DNA of 64,000 bases from Heterodontus francisci (Eukaryota): NCBI RefSeq assembly GCF_036365525.1, contig NC_090382.1, positions 110,580,372-110,644,371 of the forward strand, read 5' to 3'. Below are positions 36,995 to 50,190 of the stretch, piece by piece. How positions within the stretch are numbered: the first letter of the stretch is position 1; the number at the start of each line of letters is the position of its first letter. A model generated the notes under the pieces. It searched no databases and was not told where the DNA came from. It worked only from the letters and a program-made list of their open reading frames with translations. The position numbers and the translations under genes were made by a program.

Positions 36995-39460
36995 TATTGA
37001 ATATATTGACTGGGACTCACTTAGTGCTAGGGGCTTGGATGGGGCAGAATTTGTAAGGAGCATCCAGGAGGGCTTCTTGAAACAGTATGTAGATAGTCCA
37101 ACGAGGGAAGGGGCCGTACTGGACCTGGTATTGGGGAATGAGCCCTGCCAGGTGGTCGAAGTCTCAGTAGGGGAGCATTTCGGGAACAGCGATCATAATT
37201 CCGTAAGTTTTAAGGTACTTGTGGATAAGGATAAGAGTAGTCCTCGAGTGAATATGCTAAATTGGGGGAAGGCTAATTATAACAATATTAGGCAGGAACT
37301 GAAGAATTTAGATTGGGGACGGCAGTTTGAGGGTAAATCAACATCTGACATGTGGGAGTCTTTCAAACGTCAGTTGATTAGAATCCAGGACCGGCATGTT
37401 CCTGTGAGGAAGAAGGATATGTTTGGCAAGTTTCGGGAAGCTTGGATAACACGGGATATTGTGAGCCTCGTCAAAAAGAAAAAGGAAGCATTCATAAGGG
37501 CTAGAAGGCTGGGAACAGACGAAGCCCTTGTGGAATATGAAGAAAGTAGGAAGGAACTTAAGCAAGGAGTCAGGAGGGCTAAAAGGGGTCATGAAAAGTC
37601 ATTGGCAAACAGGATTAAGGAGAATCCCAAGGCTTTTAATATGTATATAAAGAGCAAGAGGGTAACTAGGGAAAGGGTTGGCCCACTCAAGGACAGAGGA
37701 GGGAATCTATGCGTAGAGCCAGAGGAAATGGGCGAGGTACTAAATGAGTACTTTGCATCAGTATTCATCAAAGAGAAGGACTTGGTGGATGATGAGTCTA
37801 GGGAAAGGAGTGGAGATAGTCTGGGTCATGTCGCTATCAAAAAGGAGGAGGTGTTGGGCATCTTGCAAAGCATTAAGGTAGATAAGTCCCCAGGGCCTGA
37901 TGGGATCTACCCCAGAATACTGAGGGAGGCAAGGGAGGAAATTGCTGGGGCCTTGACAGAAATCTTTGTATCCTCATTGGCTACAGGTGAGGTCCCAGAG
38001 GACTGGAGAATAGTCGATGTTGTTCCTTTGTTTAAAAAGGGTAGCAAGGATAATCCAGGAAATTATAGGCCGGTGAGCCTTATGTCAGCGGTAGGGAAAT
38101 TATTAGACAGGATTCTTCGGGACAGGATTTACTCCCATTTGGAAACAAATGAACTTATTAACGAGAGGCAGCATGGTTTTGTGAAAGGGAGGTCGTGTCT
38201 CACGAACTTGATTGAGTTTTTTGAGGAAGTGACAAAGATGATTGATGAAGGAAGGGCAGTGGATGTTGTCTACATGGACATCAATAAAGCCTTTGACAAG
38301 GTCCCTCATGGCAGACTGGTACAAAATGTGAAGTCACACGGGATCAGAGGTGAGCTGGAAAGATGGATACAGAACTGGCTCGGTCATAGAAGACAGAGGG
38401 TAGCAGTGGAAGGGTGCTTTTCTGAATGGAGGGCTGTGACTAGTGATGTTCCGCACGGATCAGTGCTGGGTCCTTTGCTTTTGTAGTATATATAAATGAT
38501 TTGGAGGAAAATGTAGCTGGTGTGATTAGTAAGTTTGCGGACGACCCAAAGGTTGGTGGAGTTGCGGATAGTGATGAGGATTGTCAGAGGATACAGCAGG
38601 ATAAAGATCGGTTGGAGACTTGGGCGGAGAAATGGCAGATGGAGTTTAATCTGGACAAATGTGAGGTAATGCATTTTGGAAGATCTAATACAGGTGGGAA
38701 GTATACAGTAAATGGCAGAACCCTTAGGAGTATTGACAGGCAGAGAGATCTGGGCGTACAGGTCCACAGGTCACTGAAAGTGGCAACGCATGTGCATAAG
38801 GTAGTCAAGAAGGCATATGGCATGCTTGCCTTCATCGGTCGGGGCATAGAGTATAAAAATTGACAAGTCATGCTGCAGCTGTACAGAACCTTAGTTAGGC
38901 CACACTTAGAATATTGCGTGCAATTCTGGTCGCCACACTAACAGAAGGATGTGGAGGTTTTGGAGAGGGTACAGAAGAGGTTTACCAGGATGTTGCCTGG
39001 TCTGGAGGGTATTAGCTATGAGGAGAGGTTGGATAAACTCGGATTGTTTTCACTAGAACGACGGAGGTGGAGGGGCGACATGTTAGAGGTTTACAAAGTT
39101 ATAAGCGGCATGGACAGAGTGGATAGTCAGAAGCTTTTTCCCAGGGTGGAAGAGTCAGTGACTAGGGGACATAGGTTTAAGGTGTGAGGGGCAAAGTTTA
39201 GAGGGGATGTGCGAGGCAAGTTCTTTACACAGAGGGTGGTGAGTGCCTGGAACTTGCTGCCAGGGGAGGTGGTGGAAGCAGATACGATAATGACGTTTAA
39301 GAGGCATCTTGACAAATACATGAATAGAATGGGAATAGAGGGATACAGACCCCGGAAGTGCAGAAGGTTTTAGCTTAGACAGGCATCAAGATCGGCGCAG
39401 GCTTGGAGGGCCGAATGGCCTGTTCCTTTGCTGTACTGTTCTTTGTTCTTTGTTGTTCTT
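36995..39460 (+). mobile_element. Young CR1 LINE (EN end to 3' tail), few disablements
   Basis: ORFs 36966..38486 (LDLVLGNE, SDHN, FDKVPH), 38501..38863 and 38951..39187; highly similar to 15064-16964. Confidence 0.95.
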
Positions 39461-40114
39461 TGTGTGGCACAGATGATTGCCTTAAGATAAAAGGAGCATG
39501 ACTGCTGACTGGAAAGCAGGTATGAACCTTATGATCTTGGTGTTTGTGATCACCGAACAGCTCAACATTGATAGAGCAAATGCCTTTTCTGTTCTTGAAG
39601 ACCATGAAATATGCCCAGAGGCCCAGATAGTTCTATTGGTGCAGTTAATTTGAGAATCCAGCAATGCAGTGAAATTGGGCAGCCCTGTCATGCTGTTGTT
39701 GTCTTTGTCTTTCACTGTGACACCAGCAATTATTTTGTGGCTAATGGGTCTCTGCAAGTGTATTCAATGGATAAAATACCGTGTCCCTCTGGAAGGCAGA
39801 AAATAAGGCAGCAAACATTTTAATTAATTGCCAGTGTTGGATGTTGGTAGTTTGCACAAAGGGACACAAAGGCTGGCTTTCAATGCAATGATATATGCTA
39901 ACCATAGAGGCTTCTCTTGCCTCAAAATGTAGGCATTCTGTAATGCCCAAACATTATGGTGAATATGGAGTACCTGAAGGCAATGTATTGCTCATAGTTA
40001 GGTACCTGTGTCTGAGTTGTTTGAATGTGTCAGCATTTGAGGATCACTGATATTGTCTAAAACTAGCTCAAAAAACCACAGACACTCGAAAAACAAACCG
40101 GACAATTAGTCACA

Positions 40115-41463
40115 TAAACAACGACAGCTTATATTTATATAGCACCTTTAACGTAATAAAACATCCCATGGTGCTTCACAAGGGGCATTCTAAAACAAAA
40201 TATGACACCAACCCATGTAAGGAGATCTAAGAGCAAATGGCCAAAGATTTAAGATTTTAAGGAGTGTCTTAAAGGAGGAAAGCAAGTTGGAGAGGTGGAG
40301 AGGTTTAGGGAGGGAGTTCCAGAGCTTAGGGCCCAGGCAGCTGAAGACATGGTCACTGATGTTGGAGCTATTAAAATTGGGGTTTCTCAAGGGGCCAGAA
40401 TTGAAGGAGCTCAGATATCTCAGAGGCCTGTGGGGCTGGAGGAGGTTACAGAGATAGGGAGGGGTGAGGCCACGGAGGGATTTGAAAACAAGGATGAGAA
40501 TTTTAATTGTTTAAGCAGGAGTCAATGTGGTTGGTGTGCGCACAGGGGTGATCGTTGAAGCGGATTTGGTGTGAGTTAAGGCATGCGCAGCAGAGTTTTG
40601 GATATCTTCAAGCTTATGGAGAGTTTTGGTCTCCTTATCTGAGGAAGGATGTTCTTGCTATAGAGGGAGTGCAGCGAAGGTTTACCAGACTGATTCCTGG
40701 GATGGCGGGACTGACGTATGAGGAGAGACTGAGTCGGTTAGGATTATATTCGCTGGAGTTCAGAAGAGTGAGGGGGGATCTCATAGAAACCTATAAAATT
40801 CGAACAGGACTTGACAGGCTAGATGCAGGAAGGATGTTCCCGATGATGGGGGAGTCCAGAACCAGGGGTCATAGTCTAAGGATATGGGTAAACCTTTCAG
40901 GACTGAGGTGAGGAGAAATTTCTTCACCCAGAGAGTGGTGAACCTGTGGAATTCACTACCACTGAAAGCAGTTGAGGCCAAAACATTGTATGTTTTCAAG
41001 AAGGAGTTAGATATTGCTCTTGGATCTAAAAGGGTCAAAGGGTATGGGGTGAAAGTGGGAACAGGCTACTGAGTTGGATGATCAACCATGATCATAATGA
41101 ACGGTGGAGCAAGCTCGAAGGGCCAAATGGCCTACTTCTGCTCCTATTTTCTGTGTATGTTTCTATGTAGGACATGCAAGGCTGGTCAGGAGTGTGTTAG
41201 AATAGTCAAGTCTGGAGGTAAAAAAGGCATGGATGAAGGTTTCAGCAGATGAGCGGAAGCAGGGGTTGAGTTGGGTGGTGTTATGTAGGGAGAAATAGAC
41301 AGTCTTAATAATGGCAGATATGTGGTTGGAAGCTCATCTTGGGGTCAAATATGTCACCAAGGTTGCGAAATGTCTGGTTTAGCCTCAGACAGTTGATGGA
41401 GAACAATGGAGTTGGTAGCAAAGGAGCAGAGTTTGTGGTGGGAATCAAAGACAATGGCTTCCA
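40115..41463 (-). mobile_element. L2 3' fragment with a nested plus-strand CR1 3' end (~40622-41168)
   Basis: L2 tail acaacgacagcttatatttatatagcacc; nested FWSPYLRKDVLAIEGVQRRFTRLIPG. Confidence 0.8.
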
Positions 41464-42061
41464 AAACAATCTAATACAATCTGCTTCATTTTCGAGCAAA
41501 GTTCTGTGTGCTCAACTGATAGTTTGGGGTGGGGTGTTTATAATATGATCCATACAAAATGACAAATTCTTTGTGGTGCGTTGCATGCTATACATAACCA
41601 TGCCATTTAGATAGGCATCCAGTTAGGAATAGCCAATATGTGTTAAATTTGAAAAGACTATTGCAAGACCATTTGTTGTACAGTGATATATAGGTGGAAA
41701 AATTTCAAGTGTGGGGATCATGACGTATGATTACCCTGTGAGACAGGCAGCATGCAAACTTTTTGTTGTCTGCTCACCTAAATGGTTGCAGCATGCAACC
41801 CAATATGGAATGTGCTGCTGACTGGCTGCACGCTCAACAGGGGCCCCTGAAGAATGCGTGACTCACGTGAAGCACAGACAGCCTATATCTCCTAAAGGCA
41901 ACATGCCACTCTTAAAGGGGAGCTGCACTCATGCAATAGGTGATGTTGTAACTGTCTCTGGAGTGCTTGGCTGGAAGCAAAAGCACGGCAAATGGAGCAA
42001 CAGGCAAGAGAGACAGCTCCCAGGTTTTCTAGTGCGGCACTGGAAGCATTAGTGATGGTGG

Positions 42062-43710
42062 TCTGGATACAGAATTGGCTGGCCCATAGAAGACAGAGGG
42101 TGGTAGTAGATGGAAAGTATTCAGCCTGGAGCTCGGTGACCAGTGGTGTTCCACAGGGATCTGTTCTGGGACCTCTGCTCTTTGTGATTTTTATAAATGA
42201 CTTGGATGAGGAAGTGGAAGGCTGGGTTAGCAAGTTTGCCGATGACACGAAGGTTGCTGGAGTTGTGGATAGTGTGGAAGGCTGTTGTAGGTTGCAACGG
42301 GACATTGACAGGATGCAGAGCTGGGCTGAGAAGTGGCAGATGGAGTTCAACCTGGAAAAGTGTGAAGTGATTCATTATGGAAGGTCGAATTTGAATGCAG
42401 AATACAGGCTTAAAGACAGGATTCTTGGTAGTGTGGAGGAACAGAGGGATCTTGGGGTTCATGTCCATAGATCGCTCAAAGTTGCCACCCAAGTTGATAG
42501 GGATGTTAAATTAGAATTAGAATTAGAATTAGAACATTACAGCGCAGTACAGGCCCTTCGGCCCTTGATGTTGCGCCAACCTGTGAAACCATCTGACCTA
42601 CACTTTTCCATTTTCATCCATATGTCTATCCAATGACCACTTAAATGCCCTTAAAGTTGGCGAGTCTACTACTGTTGCAGGCAGGGCGTACCACGCCCCT
42701 ACTACTCTCTGAGTAAAGAAACTACCTCTGACATCTGTCCTATATCTATGACCCCTCAACTTAAAGCTATGTCCCCTCGTGTTTGTCATCACCATCCGAG
42801 GAAAAAGACTCTCACTATCCACCCTATCTAACCCTCTGATTATCTTATATGTCTCTATTAAGTCACCTCTCCTCCTCCTTCTCTCCAACGAAAACAACCT
42901 CAAGTCCCTCAGCCTTTCCTCGTAAGACCTTCCCTCCATACCAGGCAACATCCTAGTAAATCTCCTCTGCACCCTTTCCATAGCTTCCACATCCTTCCTA
43001 TAATGCGGTGACCAGAACTGCACGCAATACTCCAGGTGCGGTCTCCTGTTAAGAAGTTAAGTTAAGTTAAGTTAAGAAGGCATATGGTGTGTTGGCTTTC
43101 ATTAACAGGGGGATTGAGTTTAAGAGCCGCGAGATTCTGCTGCAGCTCTATAAAGCCCTGGTTAGACCACACTTGGAATATTGTGTTCAGTTCTGGTCGC
43201 CTCATTATAGGAAAGATGTGGAAGCTTTAGAGAGGGTGCAGAGGAGATTTATCAGGATGCTGCCTGGACTGGAGGGCATGTCTTACGAAGAAAGGTTGAG
43301 GGTGCTGGGGTTTTTCTCATTGGAATGAAGAAGGATGAGAGGTGACTTGATAGAGTGGTATAAGATGATGAGAGGCATAGATAGAGTGGATAGCCAGAGA
43401 CTTTTTCCCAGGGCGGAAAGGGCTATCACCAGGGGGCATAATTTTAAGGTGATTGGAGGAAGGTTTAAGGGAGATGTCAGAGGTAGGTTCTTTACACAGA
43501 GAGTGGTGGGTACATGGAATGCACTGCCAGCGGTGGTAGTAGAAGCAGATACATTAGGGACATTTAAGCGACTCTTGGATAGGTACATGGATGATAGTAG
43601 AATGAAGGTTAGGGTAGTTAGTTTGATCTTAGAGTAGGTTAAAAGTTCGGCACAACATCGTGGGCCGAAGGGCCTGTACTGTGCTGTACTGTTCTATGTT
43701 CTATGTTCTA
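42062..43710 (+). mobile_element. CR1 3' part inserted in the Myb exon, itself interrupted
   Basis: WIQNWLAHRRQRV..FADDTK; resumes at ~43048; (TTCTATG)n tail; TGGTC on both flanks. Confidence 0.9.
42510..43047 (-). mobile_element. Nested CR1 3' end with (TTCTAA)n tail
   Basis: ORF 42598..43023; TGTTAA at both junctions. Confidence 0.9.
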
Positions 43711-44415
43711 TGGTCGAAAGGAGGAACGACGCCTGTTCCTCTTGAAGGCCAGGAAGCCCTTAAGGCATACCATGAAGGGAATGGGGGAAGCTGGCTACAG
43801 AGGTTAATTCCTGGAATCTGGTCCCAAGGATCTGGTTGCAATGCCCAGAAAGTTAATTGACCCCACATGGGAAGACAAGGTCACACTCGCAGCCACCAGC
43901 TCAGATACTAGCACTGTGTGTAATTTAGAGGGTAGTGCACAATCAGGATCAGTACATGGCGAATCACTGGGCATGAGTGAGTTGCAGCCATGCCAGGGGA
44001 ATGGATAGTTCATTTGATGGTTCACCGAAGGGTAAGTTTGCAGTTGAGTTCTGCTGCGGAGAACTCAGATGAGGACTTCAATGGGGCGATGTACAGGAGA
44101 ATGCTGATGGGTGTGCACACCAAGCTGCTTGGCGCATTGGCAGGCCTGCTACAGAGCCTCTTGTCACTGCCGAGAAGTATGGAGGAATCTGGCTCCAAAT
44201 TGGCACCGGCCTTCAGACAAAGCTTGGAGCCCATCCTTTCCAGCTGCAAAGAGGTGGTCAACTCACTGAAAGCATTGTGGACCCATCTGTGCTTTGATGC
44301 CACTTCTGACACCTGATGCCTCAGTTTCCATTGCAGCACAGACAGAAACCACCCAATGTCTCAGTGCTGCATTTGAAGCTCAGACTGAGGTTATGAGAGC
44401 TATGCTTTTTGCAAT

Positions 44416-46500
44416 GCAACAAAAACAACAACAAGAAAACATATATTTATATAGTGCCTATAATGCAATAAAAGTTCCCAAGGCGCTTCATAGGAGCATT
44501 ATAAAACAAAACATGACACCGAGCCACATAAGGAGATAATAGGTCAGATGACCAAAATCTTGGTCAAAGAGATAGGTTTTAAAGACTGTCTTATAGGAGG
44601 AAAGTGAGGTAGAGAGGCGGAGAGGTGTAGGGAGAATATTCCAGAGTGTAGGGCCCAGGCAACAGCCACCAATGGTGGAGCGATAAAAATCAGGGATGCT
44701 CAAAAGGCCTGAAATAGAGGAGTGCAGATTTCTTGGAGGGCTGTGGGATTGGAGGAGGTTACAGAGATAGGGAGGGGCCAGATCATGGAAGGATTTGAAA
44801 ACAAGGCTGAAAATTAAAAAATCAAGATGTTTCTTGGCCAGGAGCCAATGTAGGACAGTGGGCACAGTGGTGATAAGGGAACGGGACTTGGTGTGAGCTA
44901 GGAAACAGGCAGTAGAGTTTTGGATGACTTCAAGTTTACGAAGCCAAAATGTGGGAGACCAGGCAGGAGTGCATTGGAATAGTCAAGTCTAGAGGTAACA
45001 AAGGCATGACTGAGGGTTTCAGCAGCAGATGAGGTGAGGCAGAGGCGAAGTGAGGTCATGTTGCAAAGGTGGAAATAGGTGGACTTAGTGATGACATGAA
45101 TATGAGGTCAGAAGCTCATCTCAGCGTCAAATGTGACACCAAGGTTGTGAATTGACTGGCTTAATCTCAGACTGTTGCCAGGGAAAGGAATGGAATCGGT
45201 AGCTAGAGAATGAAGTTTGAAGCACGGACTGAAAATGATAGCTTCAGTCTTCCCAATATTTAATTGGAGGAAATTCTGCTGATAATTTAGCAACAGTGGA
45301 GGAGTCGTGAAGTGGTGGTGAGGTAAAGCTGGGTGCAGTCAGCGTACATGTGGAAACTTATGTTATGCTTTTGGATGATGTTACCGAGGGACGGCATGTA
45401 GATGAGAAATAGGAAGTGGCCAAGGATAGATCCTCAGAGGTAACAGTGCAGGAGCAGGAAGAGAAGCCATTGGAAGTGATTCTCTGACTATGATTAGACA
45501 GACAAGAATGGAACCAGGTGAGATCAGTCCCACCCAGCTGGCTGACAGTGGGGAGGTGTGGGAGGAGGATGGTGTGATCAACCATGTCAAAGGCTGCAGA
45601 CAGGTCGAGAAGGACCAGGAGGGAAAGTTTACCTTTGTCACAGTCACATAGGATGTCATTTGTGACTTTGGTAAGAGCTGTTTCAGTACTGTAGCATGGG
45701 TGGAAACCTGATTGGAGGGATTCAAACATGGAGCGCTGGGAAAGATGGGAATGGATTTGGGAGGCGACTACACTTTCAAGGACTTTGGAGAGGAAAGGGA
45801 GGTTGGAAACAGGATGGTAGTTTGCAAGGACCCATGGGGATTAAGGGTTTTGTTTTAAGGAAGGGTGATGATGGCAGATTTAAAGGAGAGAGTGACAACA
45901 CATGAAGAGAGAACCGCTAAAAATAGCAGCTAACATGGGGACCAGCAGGGAAAGTTGAGTGGTCAGCAGTTTAGTGAGAATAGGATCAAGAGAGCAGGAA
46001 GTGGGCCTCGTGGACAAGATGAGCTCAGAGAGGGCATGAAGAGGTAGGGGAAAAACTAGAGAAAGATGCAAGTTCAGGGCTGGGGCAGGGGTAAGCGTCA
46101 GATGAAGTTTGGCCAAGTGGGCTTGTGGAATGGAGGGACCCGACAGAGGCAGCTGATCGGATAGTCTCGATCTTAGTGACAAAGAAGTCCCTGAGCTCCT
46201 CGCATTTATTGTTGGAGGTGAAGGTGGAGAGAACAGGGCAGAGGGGTTTAAGAAGGGTCATCGACCTGAAAAGTTAACTTTGTTTCTCTCTCCACAGATG
46301 CTGCCAGACCTGCTGAGTATTTCCAGCATTTTCTGTTTTTGTTTTCAGATTTCCAGCATCTGCAGTATTTTGCTTTTGTTTAAGAAGATGGTTTGCAGTG
46401 GAGAAAGGAAGCTGGGGATTATCATTGCAGTCTAGGATGATCCTGGAATCGTGAGCAGTTTAAGCAGATGAGAGCGGCACTCGATAATGTTTTAAGCAGT
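44416..46500 (-). mobile_element. L2 LINE
   Basis: ORF 45358..45729 QSGFHPCYSTETALTKVTNDIL..LVLLDLSAAFDMVDH; TSCSLDPI; L2 3' end at ~44416. Confidence 0.9.
46250..46377 (+). mobile_element. Penelope pLTR fragment inserted in L2
   Basis: agaagggtcatcgacctgaaaagttaac...gcagtattttgctttt; gtttaagaag repeated at both junctions. Confidence 0.85.
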
Positions 46501-48217
46501 TCAGCAGATCGGGCAGTGGATGGCTAAACCGTTGTCTGTCACATCCCTTCAAGTCTGTGTCCCATTGACTTAAGGGAGTGGAGATGACAGAGCCCAGCTT
46601 GGTGCCATGGAGGCTTAGACTGTTGCCATCATGGTTGTGGATAACAATGCTTAAAGGTGCATGGAGGCGCTGAAGGCAGTTTAGCAATCTGTCCTCCAAC
46701 AGATTACCAGGATTGTTGAGCTGCCACTCCAGGGGTGTGCCAGTGGTTCCATGAAGCACAAACGTATTGTCCTCTCTCAGGATGACAGTAATCGTGTTCC
46801 TACTACTGCCATTCCATCAGTGCCCTTGCTGTTGCCTGTCAGCCAGCTAGCCTAGACTGCTGCAGTCCAGAGCCGGGCCCAGAGCTGCTTGAGGGTGTCC
46901 TGCAAGGCCATCTGCAGTCTGCCCCAGAGAAAGGCAGCAGCCTTTCACCAGCCATGCTGCAACCACTGGGATAGAACTCCATAGGAGCACTAGAATAGGC
47001 AAAGGTACCTGTAAGATAGGCACTAAGGGAATGCACTAGAGTGAATAGTTCAGTTTTGTGTGTATTGGAAGGATTGTTGGATAAAGTTGTTATGAAATGT
47101 TTTTTTGTTGGTTCCTTCCATTTCATGACTTTGGCCAAGAGGACACTGTGATGGTATGTAGCAGATAGATTGAAAGTTGGGGAATTGTGGACAAACAGTG
47201 ATGTCGGGATGACATCCAAGGGGAACCAAAGCCTGAGTATCCACTCATGGACATTTTGGTTGGAGGGAAGGGGTCCCAGATGCCTCCTCCCTTCCTCCTC
47301 TTCTTCATCCTCCACTTCCTCCTTCTCCTCTTGCTCCTCCCCTTCCTTCTCCTTCCGAGGTGGCCTCTGAATGCCTGGTGGCAAGGGTTGTGCTGTCATG
47401 TTAGCAAGGTTATGGAGAATGTAGCAGACCACCAGGAACTTGGAGACCTGCTTCAGTGAGTACTGGTGGCTTCCCCTGAGTGGTCCAGGCAAGAGAAATA
47501 TTCCTTCAAGTTGCCGATGATTTGCTCCACGACCTTCCCGGTGGCAGCATGATTCTTATTATAGGGGCACTGTATTTGTGTGGTCAGGTGGTGGACAGGA
47601 GTCACAAGCCAGATGTAAAACGGGTAACCCTTGTCACCCAGCAGCCAGCCTCTATCTTTCCTGGGTGGGCCATAGATGGCGGGTATGCCTGACATAGGAT
47701 GAATGCATCGTGGCTGCTGCTAGGAAAGTGGGCATTCTCTGAAAGGATCTTCCAGGCATGGTCACACACCGACTGGACATTAATAGAGTGATAAGCCTTG
47801 TGGTTATGGAACATCTCCCCATTATCATGCGGGGCCTGCAGAGTCATGTTTGTGCAGTTGATTGCACTCTGCACCATTGGAAATCCCATCTACCTGGCAA
47901 ATCCATGTGCTCTTCTCTCCTGCTTTTCCCTGGTCAGTCAAAAGATGATGAAGTCCCCTCTCTTTCTACACAGGGCCTCAGTCACATTCCTGATGCAGCG
48001 ATGGACAGCGAACTGTGAGATGTTGCTAATGTTGCCTGCTCCCACCTGGAAGGATCCACTGGTGTAGAAATTTAGCATGCTGGTGACCTTGACAGCCACG
48101 GGCAGTGCTGTCCTTGCAATGCTCTAAGGCTACAATTTAGATTGTAGGAGGTGGAACAGTTCAGTAGCAACTTCCTTTCTGAAATGCAGGCACCTCACAT
48201 ACAGCTTCTGCTCACTT

Positions 48218-50190
48218 TGTCAAATGATTTCTTGATGTCAAGGACAGTAACTCTCACCTCACCTCTGGAATTCAGCTCCTTTATTCATGCTTGAACAAAG
48301 GCTATTATGAGGTCTGGAGCCGAGTAGACTTGGCAGAACCCAAACTGAGCATTGGTGAGCAGCTTATTGGTGAGTAAGTGCTACTTGATATCACTGTTGA
48401 TGACACCTTCCATTGCTTTGCTGATGTTTGAGAGTAGACTGATGGGATGGTGAATGGCCAGATTGGATTTATCCTACTTTTTGTAGACAAGACAATGGGC
48501 AATTTTCCCCATTGTTGGTTAGATGCCATTGAGTAGCAGTACTGGGACAACTTGGCTAGGGGCATGGATGGTTATGGAGCATAAGTCTTTCACACTGTGG
48601 CCCACAACCTTCGCAGTATCTAGTGCACTCAGCCATTTCTTTACATCACATGGAGTGAATCAAATTAGCTGAAGACTGGTTTCTGTGGTGGTGGGGATAG
48701 AACAAAGAACAAAGAACAAAGAAAATTACAGCACAGGAACAGGCCCTTCGGCCCTCCAAGCCTGCGCCGATCCAGATCCTCTACCTCAACATGTCACCTA
48801 TTTTCTAAGGGTCTGTATCTCTTTGCTTCCTGCCCATTCATGTATCTGTCTAGATACATCTTAAAAGACGCTATCGTGTTCGCATCTACCACCTCCGCTG
48901 GCAACGCGTTCCAGGCACCCACCACCCTCTGCGTAAAGAACTTTCCACGCATATCCCCCCTAAACTTTTCCCCTCTCACTTTGAACTCGTGACCCCTAGT
49001 ATTTGAATCCCCCACTCTGGGAAAAAGCTTCTTGCTATCCACCCTGTCTATACCTCTCATGATTTTGTGCACCCCAATCAGGTCCCCCCTCAACCTCCGC
49101 CTTTCTAATGAAAATAATCCTAATCTACTCAACCTCTCTTCATAGCTAGCGCCCTCCATACCAGGCAACATCCTGGTGAACCTCCTCTGCACCCTCTCCA
49201 AAGCATCCACATCCTTTTGGTAATGTGGCGACCAGAACTGCACGCAGTATTCCAAATGTGGCCGAACCAAAGTTCTATACAACTGTAACATGACCTGCCA
49301 ACTCTTGTACTCAATACCTCGTCCGATGGAGGAAAGCATGCCGTATGCCTTCTTGACCACTCTATTTACCTGCGTTGCCACCTTCAGGGAACAATGGACC
49401 TGAACACTCAAATCTCTCTGTACATCAATTTTCCCCAGGACTTTTCCATTTACTGTATAGTTCACTCTTGAATTGGATCTTCCAAAATGCATCACCTCGC
49501 ATTTACCCTGATTGAACTCCATCTGCCATTTCTCTGCCCAACTCTCCAGTCTATCTATATTCTGCTGTATTCTCTGACAGTCCCCTTCACTATCTGCTAC
49601 TCCACAAATCTTAGTGTCGTCTGCAAACTTGCTAATCAGACCACCTATACTTTCCTCCAAATCATTTATGTATATCACAAACAACAGTGGTCCCAGCACG
49701 GATCCCTGTGGAACACCACTGGTCACACGTCTCCATTTTGAGAAACTCCCTTCCACTACTACTCTCTGTCTCCTGTTGCCCAGCTAGTTCTTTATCCATC
49801 TAGCTAGTACACCCTGGATCCCATGCGACTTCACTTTCTCCATCAGCCTACCATGGGGAACCTTATCAAACGCCTTACTGAAGTCCATGTATATGACATC
49901 TACAGCCCTTCCCTCATCAATCAACTTTGTCACTTCCTCAAAGAAGGATCTCAGGAGGAGGATCATCCACTCGGGACTTCTGGCTGAATATAATTGTGAA
50001 TGCCTCAGCCTTGTCTCTTGCAGTCACATGTTGGGTCCTGCCATCATTGAGGATGGGGATATTCATGGAGCCTGCTCCTCCTATCAGTTGCTTAATTTTC
50101 CACCACCATTCATGACGAATGTGGCAGGACTGTAGAGCTTTGAACTGATCTGTTGGTTGCTTAGCTCGATCTATAGCGTGCTGCATCCGT
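48218..50190 (-). mobile_element. Second CR1-type family fragment, split by a young CR1
   Basis: ORF 49938..50186 EWWWKIKQLIGGAGSMNIPILNDG..KAEAF; continues at 48218-48698. Confidence 0.7.
48699..49945 (-). mobile_element. Young CR1 3' part with an open RT frame
   Basis: ORFs 49784..49966 and 48794..49756 (320 aa); (TTCTTTG)n tail; GGAT on both flanks. Confidence 0.93.

Larger units (their letters stand above)
41700..48215. mobile_element. Fragmented Harbinger transposon: Myb/SANT gene remnants on + (from 41992), transposase remnant on - (~47270-48215)
   Basis: MEQQARETAPRFSSAALEALV is cut by a CR1; minus strand GFPMVQSAINCTNM, NHKAYHSINVQSVCD, SSHDAFIL, GWLLGDKGYP, VVEQIIGNLK; termini uncertain. 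Confidence 0.75.

Noticed and set aside
41992-42636. 214-aa Myb-RT fusion ORF as a novel gene
   Set aside because: Chance in-frame junction of three TE fragments; its ELELEL is a translated CR1 tail repeat
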